Origin: Clostridia bacterium
GTDB taxonomy: Bacteria > Bacillota > Clostridia > Oscillospirales > CAG-272
Assembly (NCBI GenBank): GCA_017462035.1
Contig: JAFTRY010000030.1
Coordinates: 874 to 64,873 of the forward strand
Length of the DNA stretch: 64,000 nt
Direction of reading: 5' to 3'
Made by a program: the position numbers and the translations under genes. How positions within the stretch are numbered: position 1 is the first letter of the stretch; each line of letters starts with the position of its first letter. This document shows, in pieces, positions 30,926-39,946 of this stretch. The notes beneath the pieces were generated by a model. It was given only the letters and a program-made list of their open reading frames with translations, did not search any database and was not told where the DNA came from.

Positions 30926-31066
30926 TCAGTTCTGAGTACCGAAGAAGGTGCCGAAGTCCAGCGTATCCAACTGTTCACTGTTGCTGTAATCACCGGAGTT
31001 AAAGGTAATACAATCAGCGGACTGGAGAACAATCATTTCAATTTCAGGTGTAGTATATTTTTTCAT
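30926..31066 (-). CDS. 46-aa small peptide MKKYTTPEIEMIVLQSADCITFNSGDYSNSEQLDTLDFGTFFGTQN (YxxPxI leader-like); not in the ORF track
   Basis: Translated by hand; AAAGGAGG RBS 8 nt before the ATG, directly after the upstream stop codon and before a strong terminator. Confidence 0.8.
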   Translation of the reverse strand: MKKYTTPEIEMIVLQSADCITFNSGDYSNSEQLDTLDFGTFFGTQN

Positions 31067-31084
31067 TTCATCGTCCTCCTTTAC

Positions 31085-32281
31085 TTATTCAGATACGACA
31101 GCAACCGTATTGCTGGAGGCTGTATACTGTACGGTACTTGAGGCAGTACCCTCATAGACCGATCCGTTATCTCCGCCAACTCTGTAAATAGCCGTAAAGT
31201 TAATGGTTACGTCCTCGGTCAAGCTATGAATATGCAGAGCATAGATGTGGGACGCGCCACTCTTCATCTCCGAAGGCTGGGTGGGCGTATCGGTTCCCCA
31301 CTCAGTAATGCTGCTGTAAACGTAATTGCAGAAAATGTCCTTGGTAACAGGTTCCGCGCCTGCCTTGGTCATGGTGACTCTGAAGCCGACCGCATCTGCC
31401 CTGCCGAATATCTCGTTGTCGATCAAGCCGAGCAAACGAACGCTGTTCTTACTTTCGGTATTTACCGAAATAGTACCGGTCTGAACACCGTAAGCCGCAG
31501 GGAATTCCTCAGTGGTCGTGGGAAGCTCAGCGATCGTAATGCTGTCAAGATAAATGTTAACATCGAAGCCCATCCAGAAACCAATGTTACCGGTCATAAA
31601 GCTTTGAAGAGCCGTAGCAGCAGTCAATTCGGCTGCCGTGTAGCTACTGCGTACGCTCCACTCGTTCAAATTCTGGGGAACGGAATCCTTCTTACCTTGA
31701 TGTGCCCAAATTTGAATACCCTTCTCTTGGCTTCCTTCAATGCGAACGGTATACCAACCGGCGGAAGCATCAAAGGACTCCGCTCCACTATTTTGGTCTG
31801 CAGGGAAGCTGCTTTGATTTTTGTAAGTGTTCATCAGAGTGCCGTTTGCATAAAACCGTGCGTGCCAGGTATATGCACCATAGTTACCGGCATTGCCCAT
31901 AAAGCCGACAAACTCATTAGCAGTATCGGTGTCAACAAACTTAAACTCATAGGTAATAACAAAGCCATCACTTAGAGTGGTATCGTTTATCACAGCATAT
32001 TTTCCTGCTTTGCTCGCTTCGGTTTCCAAATGTATCACATAGTTGTTCGCATCCGTAGGATCCACAATCACCTCAGGAGCATTAGCCGCATTTGTCGAGC
32101 TCGCTGACCAACCAATTGCGCTTAAAACGGTTGCCGCGTCAGCACCTGTAGCCAAGTTAAGACTGTCAAAATCCTGCTCGTAAGCAGTCGCGGACGTGGT
32201 TGCCGCTACGCTGGGCACCAGCATGGTAAAGGTAGCAAGTACCATTACCAGCGCCAGTACCGCTGATAAAATTTTTTTCAT
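31085..32281 (-). CDS. Secreted protein: signal peptide, ConA/LamG-like beta-sandwich and an uncharacterised C-terminal beta-rich domain
   Basis: Sec signal MKKILSAVLALVMVLATFTMLVPSVAA; motifs YEQDFDS, WYTVRIE and IYLDSITI; PTTTEE linker; domain calls are inferred. Confidence 0.75.
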   Translation of the reverse strand: MKKILSAVLALVMVLATFTMLVPSVAATTSATAYEQDFDSLNLATGADAATVLSAIGWSASSTNAANAPEVIVDPTDANNYVIHLETEASKAGKYAVINDTTLSDGFVITYEFKFVDTDTANEFVGFMGNAGNYGAYTWHARFYANGTLMNTYKNQSSFPADQNSGAESFDASAGWYTVRIEGSQEKGIQIWAHQGKKDSVPQNLNEWSVRSSYTAAELTAATALQSFMTGNIGFWMGFDVNIYLDSITIAELPTTTEEFPAAYGVQTGTISVNTESKNSVRLLGLIDNEIFGRADAVGFRVTMTKAGAEPVTKDIFCNYVYSSITEWGTDTPTQPSEMKSGASHIYALHIHSLTEDVTINFTAIYRVGGDNGSVYEGTASSTVQYTASSNTVAVVSE

Positions 32282-32392
32282 ACTGTTCCTTTCCTCCCTG
32301 CCTTCCTTGGGCAGGGACCTTTCTGATTGTTTTTTTCGTGCCTAAAGTCCGGCACGGGACATAATAGAATGACTCTTTTGGAGTCAATTATC

Positions 32393-32421
32393 ATTATAGC
32401 ACAACATTTTCCATAATTCAA
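32393..32421 (-). promoter_or_regulatory. sigma-A promoter for the secreted-protein operon
   Basis: TTGAAT-17 nt-TATAAT with extended -10 TG. Confidence 0.7.
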
Positions 32422-32511
32422 TTCTTTTTTGCATAAAAATAGAGCCAAAAACTTTGTTTCTGGCTCATGTTTGTTGAAATTTATTTACGGCATGATGAAA
32501 TTTTACAATTT

Positions 32512-33390
32512 TTATCCGTATAATTTATGCATTTTTGCCTTTCGCTCTTCCGCCAGCTTCACGTATTCCTTGGGGGTCATTCCCGTATGTCTCTTGAAGA
32601 AGGAGTAAAAGTAGATATCATTATCAAATCCGCATTTTGGGGCGATCTGCTTGATGGTCATATCGTTATCCAATAAGTAATTCTTTGCCAGGTTCAATCT
32701 GGCGAGTCCGATAAAATCTCCGATGCTCATCTGCACGTGGGTACGGAAATCCCGGCACAGTTTATCGCGGCTGACAAAAAAGCGATCCGCGATTTCGGGA
32801 ATCACCAGGTTTTGCTCCAGGTTTCTGACCATGTAAAGCATGACCTCTGAAATGTAGTGTTTTTGGCTGATGCGGAAGCCCACGTCGGGGCGGCGGCTAT
32901 ATTCATGCAACAGGCTGACTACCACCGCCGACAACATTCTTTGGTTCGTGGTTGCCACCCGAGCACCGGAAAACCGTCCCGTCATATCCACCAGATCGCG
33001 GCTTACCCGGTGAAACAGGGGCTCACACTGATTGAGATTCAAGATCACCGCCTGGCTGTTTCCCAAAATATCCTTAATGGGCACCGCGTCCGCTCCCATG
33101 TCCCGAATATACTGATCGTCAAAATACAGGACGTTTCGGTTTATTTTGGTATAAGAGGAGGACAGAAAGTAGGTAAAGTGCATGCAATAGGGGGACGTGA
33201 TGATTGCCATGGGGTAATCAGTCTCAATATATCTACCGTTAATGATCGTGGAGCATTTTGCCGGCTCAAAAAACCAAAATACCTCATACTGAGGATGCAA
33301 ATGAAACAGGGTAACATCTTGATCGGGGGTAATGACAGGGTAACCCAATTCCACCACCAGGTCCGGTCCGTAGTCCCAAAAAACCTTCAT
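32512..33390 (-). CDS. AraC-family transcriptional regulator
   Basis: Cupin-like FHLHPQYE at the N-terminus; double HTH (IADRFFVSRDKLCRDF; CGFDNDIYFYSFFKRHTGMTPKEY); AAAGGAG RBS. Confidence 0.92.
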   Translation of the reverse strand: MKVFWDYGPDLVVELGYPVITPDQDVTLFHLHPQYEVFWFFEPAKCSTIINGRYIETDYPMAIITSPYCMHFTYFLSSSYTKINRNVLYFDDQYIRDMGADAVPIKDILGNSQAVILNLNQCEPLFHRVSRDLVDMTGRFSGARVATTNQRMLSAVVVSLLHEYSRRPDVGFRISQKHYISEVMLYMVRNLEQNLVIPEIADRFFVSRDKLCRDFRTHVQMSIGDFIGLARLNLAKNYLLDNDMTIKQIAPKCGFDNDIYFYSFFKRHTGMTPKEYVKLAEERKAKMHKLYG

Positions 33391-33541
33391 AATCCAATCT
33401 CCTTTTCTTTGGAGTTTTTGTACCGTCACTTATATATTATCATAGTTTCTCTCCTTTTTCAAGGCTTTTACTCAGATTTTTACGGATTTTTATTTACGAA
33501 AGCTACGATATTGAAGGAAAAAAGGGAAATTTACTCATATC

Positions 33542-33579
33542 AAAAAAGCATCACAGACCTCTCGGTAAGTGATGCTTTT
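33542..33579 (-). terminator. mscL terminator
   Basis: AAAAGCATCAC...GTGATGCTTTT inverted repeat. Confidence 0.7.
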
Positions 33580-33608
33580 CTATGTTTTCAATGCTTCTTC
33601 AATGTTTC

Positions 33609-34226
33609 TTACGTCTTGCTCTTCAACAGATCACGGATCTCCTTGAGCAGATCCTCCGCGCTGGGATTGGCTTCCTTTTCCAAGCGAGCCGCTTCCTCAG
33701 CCGCCTTTGCCGCCGCTTCTTCCGCCGCCTTAGCATCAGCCGCCGCCTGCTCCTTCGCCGCGTAGAATGCCGCAATCGCCGCCTTGTCCGAACGCTTGAT
33801 ACCCTTCGCCTTCATTTCCTTGTGGTCTGCCTTCTTTTGCTTCTTCGCGGAGATCAGCCCGTTCGCGAACTCCATGTTTCCCTCACGGAACTTGTTCAGA
33901 ATCTTTACAATGCAGAAGAGAACAAAGGCAATGAGCAGGAAGTTGATGACGGCGTTGATGAACGCGCCCCAGTCAATGTAAATGGATTCCTTCAGATCAA
34001 GAGCCCCCGTGTCGTCGTACACAGCCTGCAATACCGTGTATACCTCGCTGAGGCTGTCCTTTCCAAAGATCAGGACCAACAGCCAGTTGATCAGAGGCTT
34101 GAGAATATTGTTGCTCAGACCGTTGACAATTGCCGTGAAGGAACTACCAACGATAACACCGACAGCCATGTCAAGAACATTGCCGCGGGTAATGAATTTT
34201 TTGAATTCGCCAAAAAACTTTTTCAT
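33609..34226 (-). CDS. mscL: Large-conductance mechanosensitive channel (elongated)
   Basis: EFKKFITRGNVLDMAVGVIVG, GAFINAVINFLLIAFVLF and LLKEIRDLLK motifs. Confidence 0.93.
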   Translation of the reverse strand: MKKFFGEFKKFITRGNVLDMAVGVIVGSSFTAIVNGLSNNILKPLINWLLVLIFGKDSLSEVYTVLQAVYDDTGALDLKESIYIDWGAFINAVINFLLIAFVLFCIVKILNKFREGNMEFANGLISAKKQKKADHKEMKAKGIKRSDKAAIAAFYAAKEQAAADAKAAEEAAAKAAEEAARLEKEANPSAEDLLKEIRDLLKSKT

Positions 34227-34285
34227 AACGTCTCCCGTCTTTTATTTTCGCGGACGTCGCCGCCCGTCGAATGATGTCGGCTTTT

Positions 34286-34314
34286 ATTATACTCCCGCCG
34301 CTGTCGTTTGTCAA
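34286..34314 (-). promoter_or_regulatory. sigma-A promoter for mscL
   Basis: Perfect TTGACA-17 nt-TATAAT. Confidence 0.8.
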
Positions 34315-34428
34315 GAATAAAAAGCGTTTTTCTTGTCCCTCACCTCCCCTTGGAGAAGAAATTTCTCCAAATGATACAAATTTTTGAAAAAAATTATGAA
34401 AAATGTGGCTTGGCAGACGGAAAAGTGC

Positions 34429-34457
34429 TTGAAAATTTGAGAAAAATCGGGTATAAT
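34429..34457 (+). promoter_or_regulatory. sigma-A promoter for the smc operon
   Basis: TTGAAA-17 nt-TATAAT. Confidence 0.7.
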
Positions 34458-34509
34458 ATTATATTGGTATATTGTAGGAAGTGAACCGACCATAGGAAGG
34501 AGAAACATC

Positions 34510-37500
34510 GTGTATCTGAAATCTTTGGAATTGCAGGGCTTTAAGTCCTTTCCGGATAAGACCAAGCTGACCTTCGAGGGCGGCTCCACGGTGATCGTGG
34601 GTCCCAACGGAAGCGGGAAATCCAATATTTCCGACGCCATGAAATGGGTGCTGGGAGAGGTGTCCTCCAAGAGTATTCGAGGAACCAAAATGGAGGATAT
34701 TATATTCGGCGGAGCCGATAGCCGCCGCCCTATGGGCTACGCGGAGGTGTCTGTGACCTTCGATAACTCCGGAATGCTGGGACGCTTGGATTGCCCCTAT
34801 GACGAGGTGACCGTCACACGCCGTTACTACCGCTCGGGCGAGAGCGAATATTTTATTAACCGCCGTGCGGTTCGCTTGAAGGATATCTATGAGATGTTCA
34901 TGAATACCGGCGTGGGACGGGACGGCTATTCCATCATCGGACAGGGAAAGATCGCGGAGATCATTTCCAGAAAGAGCGACGAGCGCCGCAGTATCTTCGA
35001 GGATGCCTCCGGAATCGCGAAATACCGCCATAAGAAGAGTGAGACCGAACGCCGGCTTGCCGCAACCGAGGATAATATGACCCGTATCAACGACGTGTTT
35101 GCCGAGGTCTCGGCGCAGGTAGGACCCCTGGAAAAGGAAGCTGAGAAGGCGAAGAAGGCAATTGAACTGCTGGAAACAAAAAAACGGGTGGACGTACAGC
35201 TCTGGCTTTACGATACCGAAAAGCTTCGCGGCGACCTGACCCGTTGCGAGGAGGAATTCCGCAATGCGGAATTTGACCTTCAAAATGCCGACGACGCGGT
35301 GAAGGCACTGGAGGTGCAGAATGACCGGCTGTTTGAGATCTCTCAATCGGGAGAGACCGAGTCGGAGAATTTGCTGGTGCAGATTCGGGAGCAGACCGAG
35401 CGTAACCATACCCTGGATAGCGAATACCGTATTACCGAAACGAAGATCCTACATACGGGCGAAATGATTGCCGCCGCAGAGGGTGCTATGGAATCGGCGC
35501 GCCGTTCCGTGGAAAATGAGGAAAAGGCGGCAGAGACGAGAAGTGCCAAAATGGCGGAGCTTGCGGAGGCGTTGCGCCTAAAGGAAGCCGAGCATGAGCA
35601 GGCTCGGGAGAGAAGAGAGCAAGCCGCGGCAGTCGCGAGAGCGCTGGACTTTGATGTTGACCGAGCTCTTTCAGATATCCGAGTCCTGGAGTCCGAGGCG
35701 GCGGGAGTGGAAGCCCGTATTACCTTTATTGAAAATTCCCGTACCACCGACAGTGATAAAAACGCGGCGGTGCTTCGGGAGATCGAGGGCTATGAAGAGC
35801 AGTCGAGACAGATGAAGGAGCAGTGCGACAGAATACGGCAAACGGTAGAGGACTATGACCAAACCACGGCACGGGCAAATGAGGAGATGGAGAGCTGTAA
35901 CGAAAAGCTCACCGCCCTCTATGACCGCCGTACCGAGCAGACAGAGACTCTCACCGGACTTCGCCTTCGCCGGGATGCGGCAAGGCAGAGAATTGATACC
36001 TTCAAAACCATGGAGGAGCAGTTTGAGGGATATTCGGGCAGTGTCCGTTTTGTCATGAAGAAGTATAAGGAGAAGGGGATCACGGACCGCTTTGGTACCC
36101 CCTGCGGCAAGATCTACGGACCCCTGTCCACGGTCATCAACGTGGAGGACCGATACATTACCGCCATCGAAACGGCACTGGGAGCCAACCTTCAGCATAT
36201 CGTGGTGGAGGACGAAAGCGTGGCAAAGGCGGCAATGTTCGCCCTGAAAAAAGCCGAGGCGGGACGGGCAACCTTCTTTCCACTTACCTCAATGAAGCCC
36301 CAGACAGCTACCGCTGAGATGAGGGAAGCCATGGGCTTTGAGGGATACGTGGCGGTTGCCAGCGAGCTGGTGGCGAGTGATCCGAAATTTGATAATATCG
36401 TGTCCGGCCTATTGGGCAGAACCATGATTTTTGATACCGTGGATCACGCTACCTCCATGGCAAGAAGTCTGCACTATCGGGTGAGAGCCGTGACCTTGGA
36501 CGGTCAGCAGATCAACGTGGGAGGTTCCTTTACCGGAGGATCGGTACGCCAGAACGGTAACATTCTCAGCCGTGCCGGTGAGATCAAGCGCCTGGAAAGA
36601 GAGACCGCGGAGCTGACTCGGAATATGAATCAGCTGGAGAGTGAGCTGACCCGCTTGAGCGAGGAGATTTCCTCCCTGGAGGATGACCGTGACTCTGCCG
36701 ATCAGAAGCTGAGCCTCATTAAGGTCATGCGGGATTCGGAAAATAACCGCCTGGAGCAGCTGAACGCCAAGCTGGAGGCGAATGAGGCACTGACCGAAAA
36801 GCTTCGTGCCGATTACGGCGACCTGCTCCGCGCCAGAGAACAGTACGAGGAGGATCGGAAGGAGCTGTTGATCCAGAGAGATCAGCTTGCTCACCGGATC
36901 GGTGAGATCAACGCCGCCCGTTCCGATATGGATGTAAAGCGAAACGAAGCCCGTGACCGAACGGCAGAAGCTGAAAGTCTCATGACTGCCCTCATTATTT
37001 CGATGAATGAGTTGAAAAAAGACCAAGAGACCGAGACGCGCCTGGCAGAAGAGTCCGAGAACCGTTTGGCGGATTTTCTTCGCGGAATTGAGGAACAGCG
37101 GCAAAAAATCGCTGAATTTCAGGGAAAGATCGCGGAGTACGAAACCGAGCGAAACACGAACCGGGAAGCGTACCGAGCAGGAGTGGCAGCACTGGACGAG
37201 CTAAACGAAAAGCGCTCCAAGATCGAGGCGGGAAATCATGAGTTTAAGCGAAAGCTGAACGAAGTTAATGCCAAGATGCGGGAAAAGCTCCAGCAAAAAG
37301 AGCTGATCTTCAAAGAGTATACTCGATATGAAAATCGTCTGGCAAGTCTGAGGAGTGAACAGGATAAGCTGGCATCCAAGCTATGGGACGATCACGAACT
37401 GACCCGTGCTGATGCCGTGGCACTTGGTTATCCCGCCCTGGATCCCGCCAGCCGCGGCGAAGCGGCGGCAAAGCAGACCGAGTGCCGCAATAAACTGAGA

Positions 37501-38142
37501 GTCCTGGGAAACGTGGACCTGGACGCGGTGAATAAATACCAAGAGGTCAAGGCAAGATATGACTATATGGCGGGACAGATTCGTGACCTGGAGGCTTCCC
37601 GCGACGAGCTGAGCGATATTATTCAAAAGCTGGAAGGGGAAATGGAAACCGCCTTTTTGGATTCCTTCCATCAGATCAATGAGAACTTCAACCGTGTGTT
37701 TGGGGAGCTTTTCGGCGGCGGCTCCGCGGAGTTGACACTGAGTGATCCCGAGCATGTGCTGGAAAGCGGCATCGAAATCAAGGCGGCACCTCCCGGAAAA
37801 ATTATTAAGAACCTGGTACAGCTGTCCGGCGGTGAGCAATCCTTCATCGCTATCGCACTGTTCTTTGCCATTTTGCAGGTCAATCCAACCCCCTTCTGTA
37901 TCCTGGATGAGATCGAGGCGGCGTTGGATGAGGTGAATGTGGCGCGTTTTGCCGAGTATATCAAGCGATATGCCAGCGGTACACAATTTATTCTAATTAC
38001 CCACCGCCGAGGAACCATGGAGGCGGCAAACCGCCTGTACGGCGTGACCATGCCCGAACGGGGTATTTCCAAGGTGCTGGAATTGGACGTAAACGAAATT
38101 TCTAAGAAAAAGGGAGAAGACTGGGATGGCATTTTTGGATAA
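34510..38142 (+). CDS. smc: Chromosome segregation protein SMC
   Basis: GFKSF, GPNGSGKSN, hinge (GRATFFPL), LSGGEQ, LDEIEAALD; long coiled coils. Confidence 0.98.
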   Translation: MYLKSLELQGFKSFPDKTKLTFEGGSTVIVGPNGSGKSNISDAMKWVLGEVSSKSIRGTKMEDIIFGGADSRRPMGYAEVSVTFDNSGMLGRLDCPYDEVTVTRRYYRSGESEYFINRRAVRLKDIYEMFMNTGVGRDGYSIIGQGKIAEIISRKSDERRSIFEDASGIAKYRHKKSETERRLAATEDNMTRINDVFAEVSAQVGPLEKEAEKAKKAIELLETKKRVDVQLWLYDTEKLRGDLTRCEEEFRNAEFDLQNADDAVKALEVQNDRLFEISQSGETESENLLVQIREQTERNHTLDSEYRITETKILHTGEMIAAAEGAMESARRSVENEEKAAETRSAKMAELAEALRLKEAEHEQARERREQAAAVARALDFDVDRALSDIRVLESEAAGVEARITFIENSRTTDSDKNAAVLREIEGYEEQSRQMKEQCDRIRQTVEDYDQTTARANEEMESCNEKLTALYDRRTEQTETLTGLRLRRDAARQRIDTFKTMEEQFEGYSGSVRFVMKKYKEKGITDRFGTPCGKIYGPLSTVINVEDRYITAIETALGANLQHIVVEDESVAKAAMFALKKAEAGRATFFPLTSMKPQTATAEMREAMGFEGYVAVASELVASDPKFDNIVSGLLGRTMIFDTVDHATSMARSLHYRVRAVTLDGQQINVGGSFTGGSVRQNGNILSRAGEIKRLERETAELTRNMNQLESELTRLSEEISSLEDDRDSADQKLSLIKVMRDSENNRLEQLNAKLEANEALTEKLRADYGDLLRAREQYEEDRKELLIQRDQLAHRIGEINAARSDMDVKRNEARDRTAEAESLMTALIISMNELKKDQETETRLAEESENRLADFLRGIEEQRQKIAEFQGKIAEYETERNTNREAYRAGVAALDELNEKRSKIEAGNHEFKRKLNEVNAKMREKLQQKELIFKEYTRYENRLASLRSEQDKLASKLWDDHELTRADAVALGYPALDPASRGEAAAKQTECRNKLRVLGNVDLDAVNKYQEVKARYDYMAGQIRDLEASRDELSDIIQKLEGEMETAFLDSFHQINENFNRVFGELFGGGSAELTLSDPEHVLESGIEIKAAPPGKIIKNLVQLSGGEQSFIAIALFFAILQVNPTPFCILDEIEAALDEVNVARFAEYIKRYASGTQFILITHRRGTMEAANRLYGVTMPERGISKVLELDVNEISKKKGEDWDGIFG

Positions 38143-39031
38143 ATTGAAAAAGGGTCTTTCCAAGACGAAGAACGCGATCTTTGGACAGATCGACGAGGTG
38201 CTGAAGGCATTCGTGAAGGTCGACGAGGATTTGCTCGATGAGCTGGAGGAGCTGTTGATCGTGTCGGACGTAGGCGTGAGTGCCACGGAGGATATTATGG
38301 AAAGACTGCGGGAGGACGTAAAGGAAGGTCGCTTGAAAGAAAAAGATCAGGTGATCGATGCCCTCAAGAATATCTTGGGTGATATGATTGGAGAGGGTGA
38401 GCCTCTGGATCTGTCCACTACACCAGCCGTGATCTTGGTGATCGGGGTCAACGGAGCGGGAAAGACCACCTCCATCGGAAAGATCTCCAACCGCCTGATT
38501 TCTGACGGAAAAAAGGTGGTGGTAGCGGCGGCAGATACCTTCCGTGCGGCGGCAATCGATCAGCTGGCGGTCTGGTGTGAAAGATCAGGAGCGGATTTGG
38601 TTCGTCAGAACGAGGGAAGCGATCCTGCGGCGGTGGTGTTTGATGCCATTGCCTACGCTAAGAGAAAGCAGGCGGACGTGCTGATCATCGATACGGCAGG
38701 ACGACTGCATAATAAGGTCAACCTTATGAACGAGCTTGCGAAGATCAACCGTGTGATCGAGCGGGAATTGCCCGATGCCGCCAGAGAGAACTTGCTGGTG
38801 CTGGACGCTACTACCGGACAGAACGCCATTCTCCAGGCAAAGGAGTTCCGACATGCGGCAAACATTACCGGACTCATCCTCAATAAGCTGGACGGTACGG
38901 CAAAGGGCGGTATTGTCATTTCTATTAAAAAGGAACTGGAAATTCCCGTCAAATTTATCGGCGTGGGAGAGAAGATCGACGATATGCAGGAATTTGACAG
39001 TGAGGAATTCGTGAAGGCACTTTTTGAGTGA
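38126..39031 (+). CDS. ftsY: SRP receptor FtsY
   Basis: GVNGAGKTTS, DTFRAAAIDQL, DTAGR and KLDGTAKGG motifs. Confidence 0.98.
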   Translation: MAFLDKLKKGLSKTKNAIFGQIDEVLKAFVKVDEDLLDELEELLIVSDVGVSATEDIMERLREDVKEGRLKEKDQVIDALKNILGDMIGEGEPLDLSTTPAVILVIGVNGAGKTTSIGKISNRLISDGKKVVVAAADTFRAAAIDQLAVWCERSGADLVRQNEGSDPAAVVFDAIAYAKRKQADVLIIDTAGRLHNKVNLMNELAKINRVIERELPDAARENLLVLDATTGQNAILQAKEFRHAANITGLILNKLDGTAKGGIVISIKKELEIPVKFIGVGEKIDDMQEFDSEEFVKALFE

Positions 39032-39051
39032 GAGATTGTCAAGGAGAACAT

Positions 39052-39651
39052 ATGAAGATCGTATTGGCATCCAGAAATCAGCATAAGATCGCCGAATGGC
39101 AGGCAACCCTCGGTAAGTATATTGACGGTGTGCAGCTTCTGTCCCTCGATGATGCTGGGATTTTTGAAGAGATCGAGGAAAACGGTAAAACCTTTGAGGA
39201 AAATGCCTTTATTAAGGCAAGAACGGCGGCAAAGAGCGGGTATGTCAGCATCGGCGAGGATTCGGGACTTGCGGTAACTGCTCTCGACGGCGAGCCGGGA
39301 GTCTATTCGGCACGGTATGCCGGCGGGCACGGTAACGATGGAGCAAATAACGCCCTCCTTCTGCAAAAGCTAAAGGGGAAAGCAGACCGCTCCGCCAAAT
39401 TTGTCTGCGCCATTGCCTGCGTCTTCCCGGAGGACATGGCGCGCGACGTTTGCGTGCGTGGCGAGACTGAGGGCGTGATCCTGGAGGAGCTTCGGGGCGA
39501 GGGAGGCTTTGGCTATGACCCCCTCTTCCTCTATGAGCCCGAGGGAAAGACCTTTGCCGAAATGAACGGAGAGGAAAAGAACGCCATTTCACACCGAGGG
39601 AAGGCAATCGCCCTTTTGGCAAAAGAACTGAAAAAAATAAACGAGAGGTAA
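39052..39651 (+). CDS. rdgB: Non-canonical purine NTP pyrophosphatase (RdgB/HAM1)
   Basis: ASRNQHK, EDSGL, PGVYSARY, GFGYDPLF and SHR motifs. Confidence 0.95.
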   Translation: MKIVLASRNQHKIAEWQATLGKYIDGVQLLSLDDAGIFEEIEENGKTFEENAFIKARTAAKSGYVSIGEDSGLAVTALDGEPGVYSARYAGGHGNDGANNALLLQKLKGKADRSAKFVCAIACVFPEDMARDVCVRGETEGVILEELRGEGGFGYDPLFLYEPEGKTFAEMNGEEKNAISHRGKAIALLAKELKKINER

Positions 39652-39658
39652 AGAACAC

Positions 39659-39946
39659 ATGATAACATCCAAGCAACGGGCGTACCTGAGAGGACTCGCC
39701 AATGGAATCCCTGCCATTATGCAGATCGGAAAGGGAGGCATCGGTGAAAATCTTGCCAAAACTGTCTCTGACGCATTGGAGGCCCGTGAATTGATCAAAC
39801 TGACAGTGTTGGAAAACTGCGTGGAAACACCCAGAGAGGCGGCGGATGCCATTGCTGAAGCAACGGGTGCCGACGTGGTAGGCGTGATCGGCAGAAAAGT
39901 TATTTTGTACCGTGAATCGGTCAACCATAAAACCATCGAGCTATGA
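39659..39946 (+). CDS. yhbY: YhbY-family RNA-binding (CRM) protein
   Basis: TSKQRAYLR, QIGKGG and ALEARELIK motifs. Confidence 0.93.
   Translation: MITSKQRAYLRGLANGIPAIMQIGKGGIGENLAKTVSDALEARELIKLTVLENCVETPREAADAIAEATGADVVGVIGRKVILYRESVNHKTIEL

Noticed and set aside
30926-31066. Calling the peptide a lasso peptide outright
   Set aside because: No cyclase, peptidase or RRE gene in the window, and the putative core lacks a clear canonical start and ring register; only the leader resemblance is supported.
30761-31141. 126-aa plus-strand ORF after rplS
   Set aside because: Starts inside the rplS terminator with no RBS; the minus-strand peptide has far better signals.
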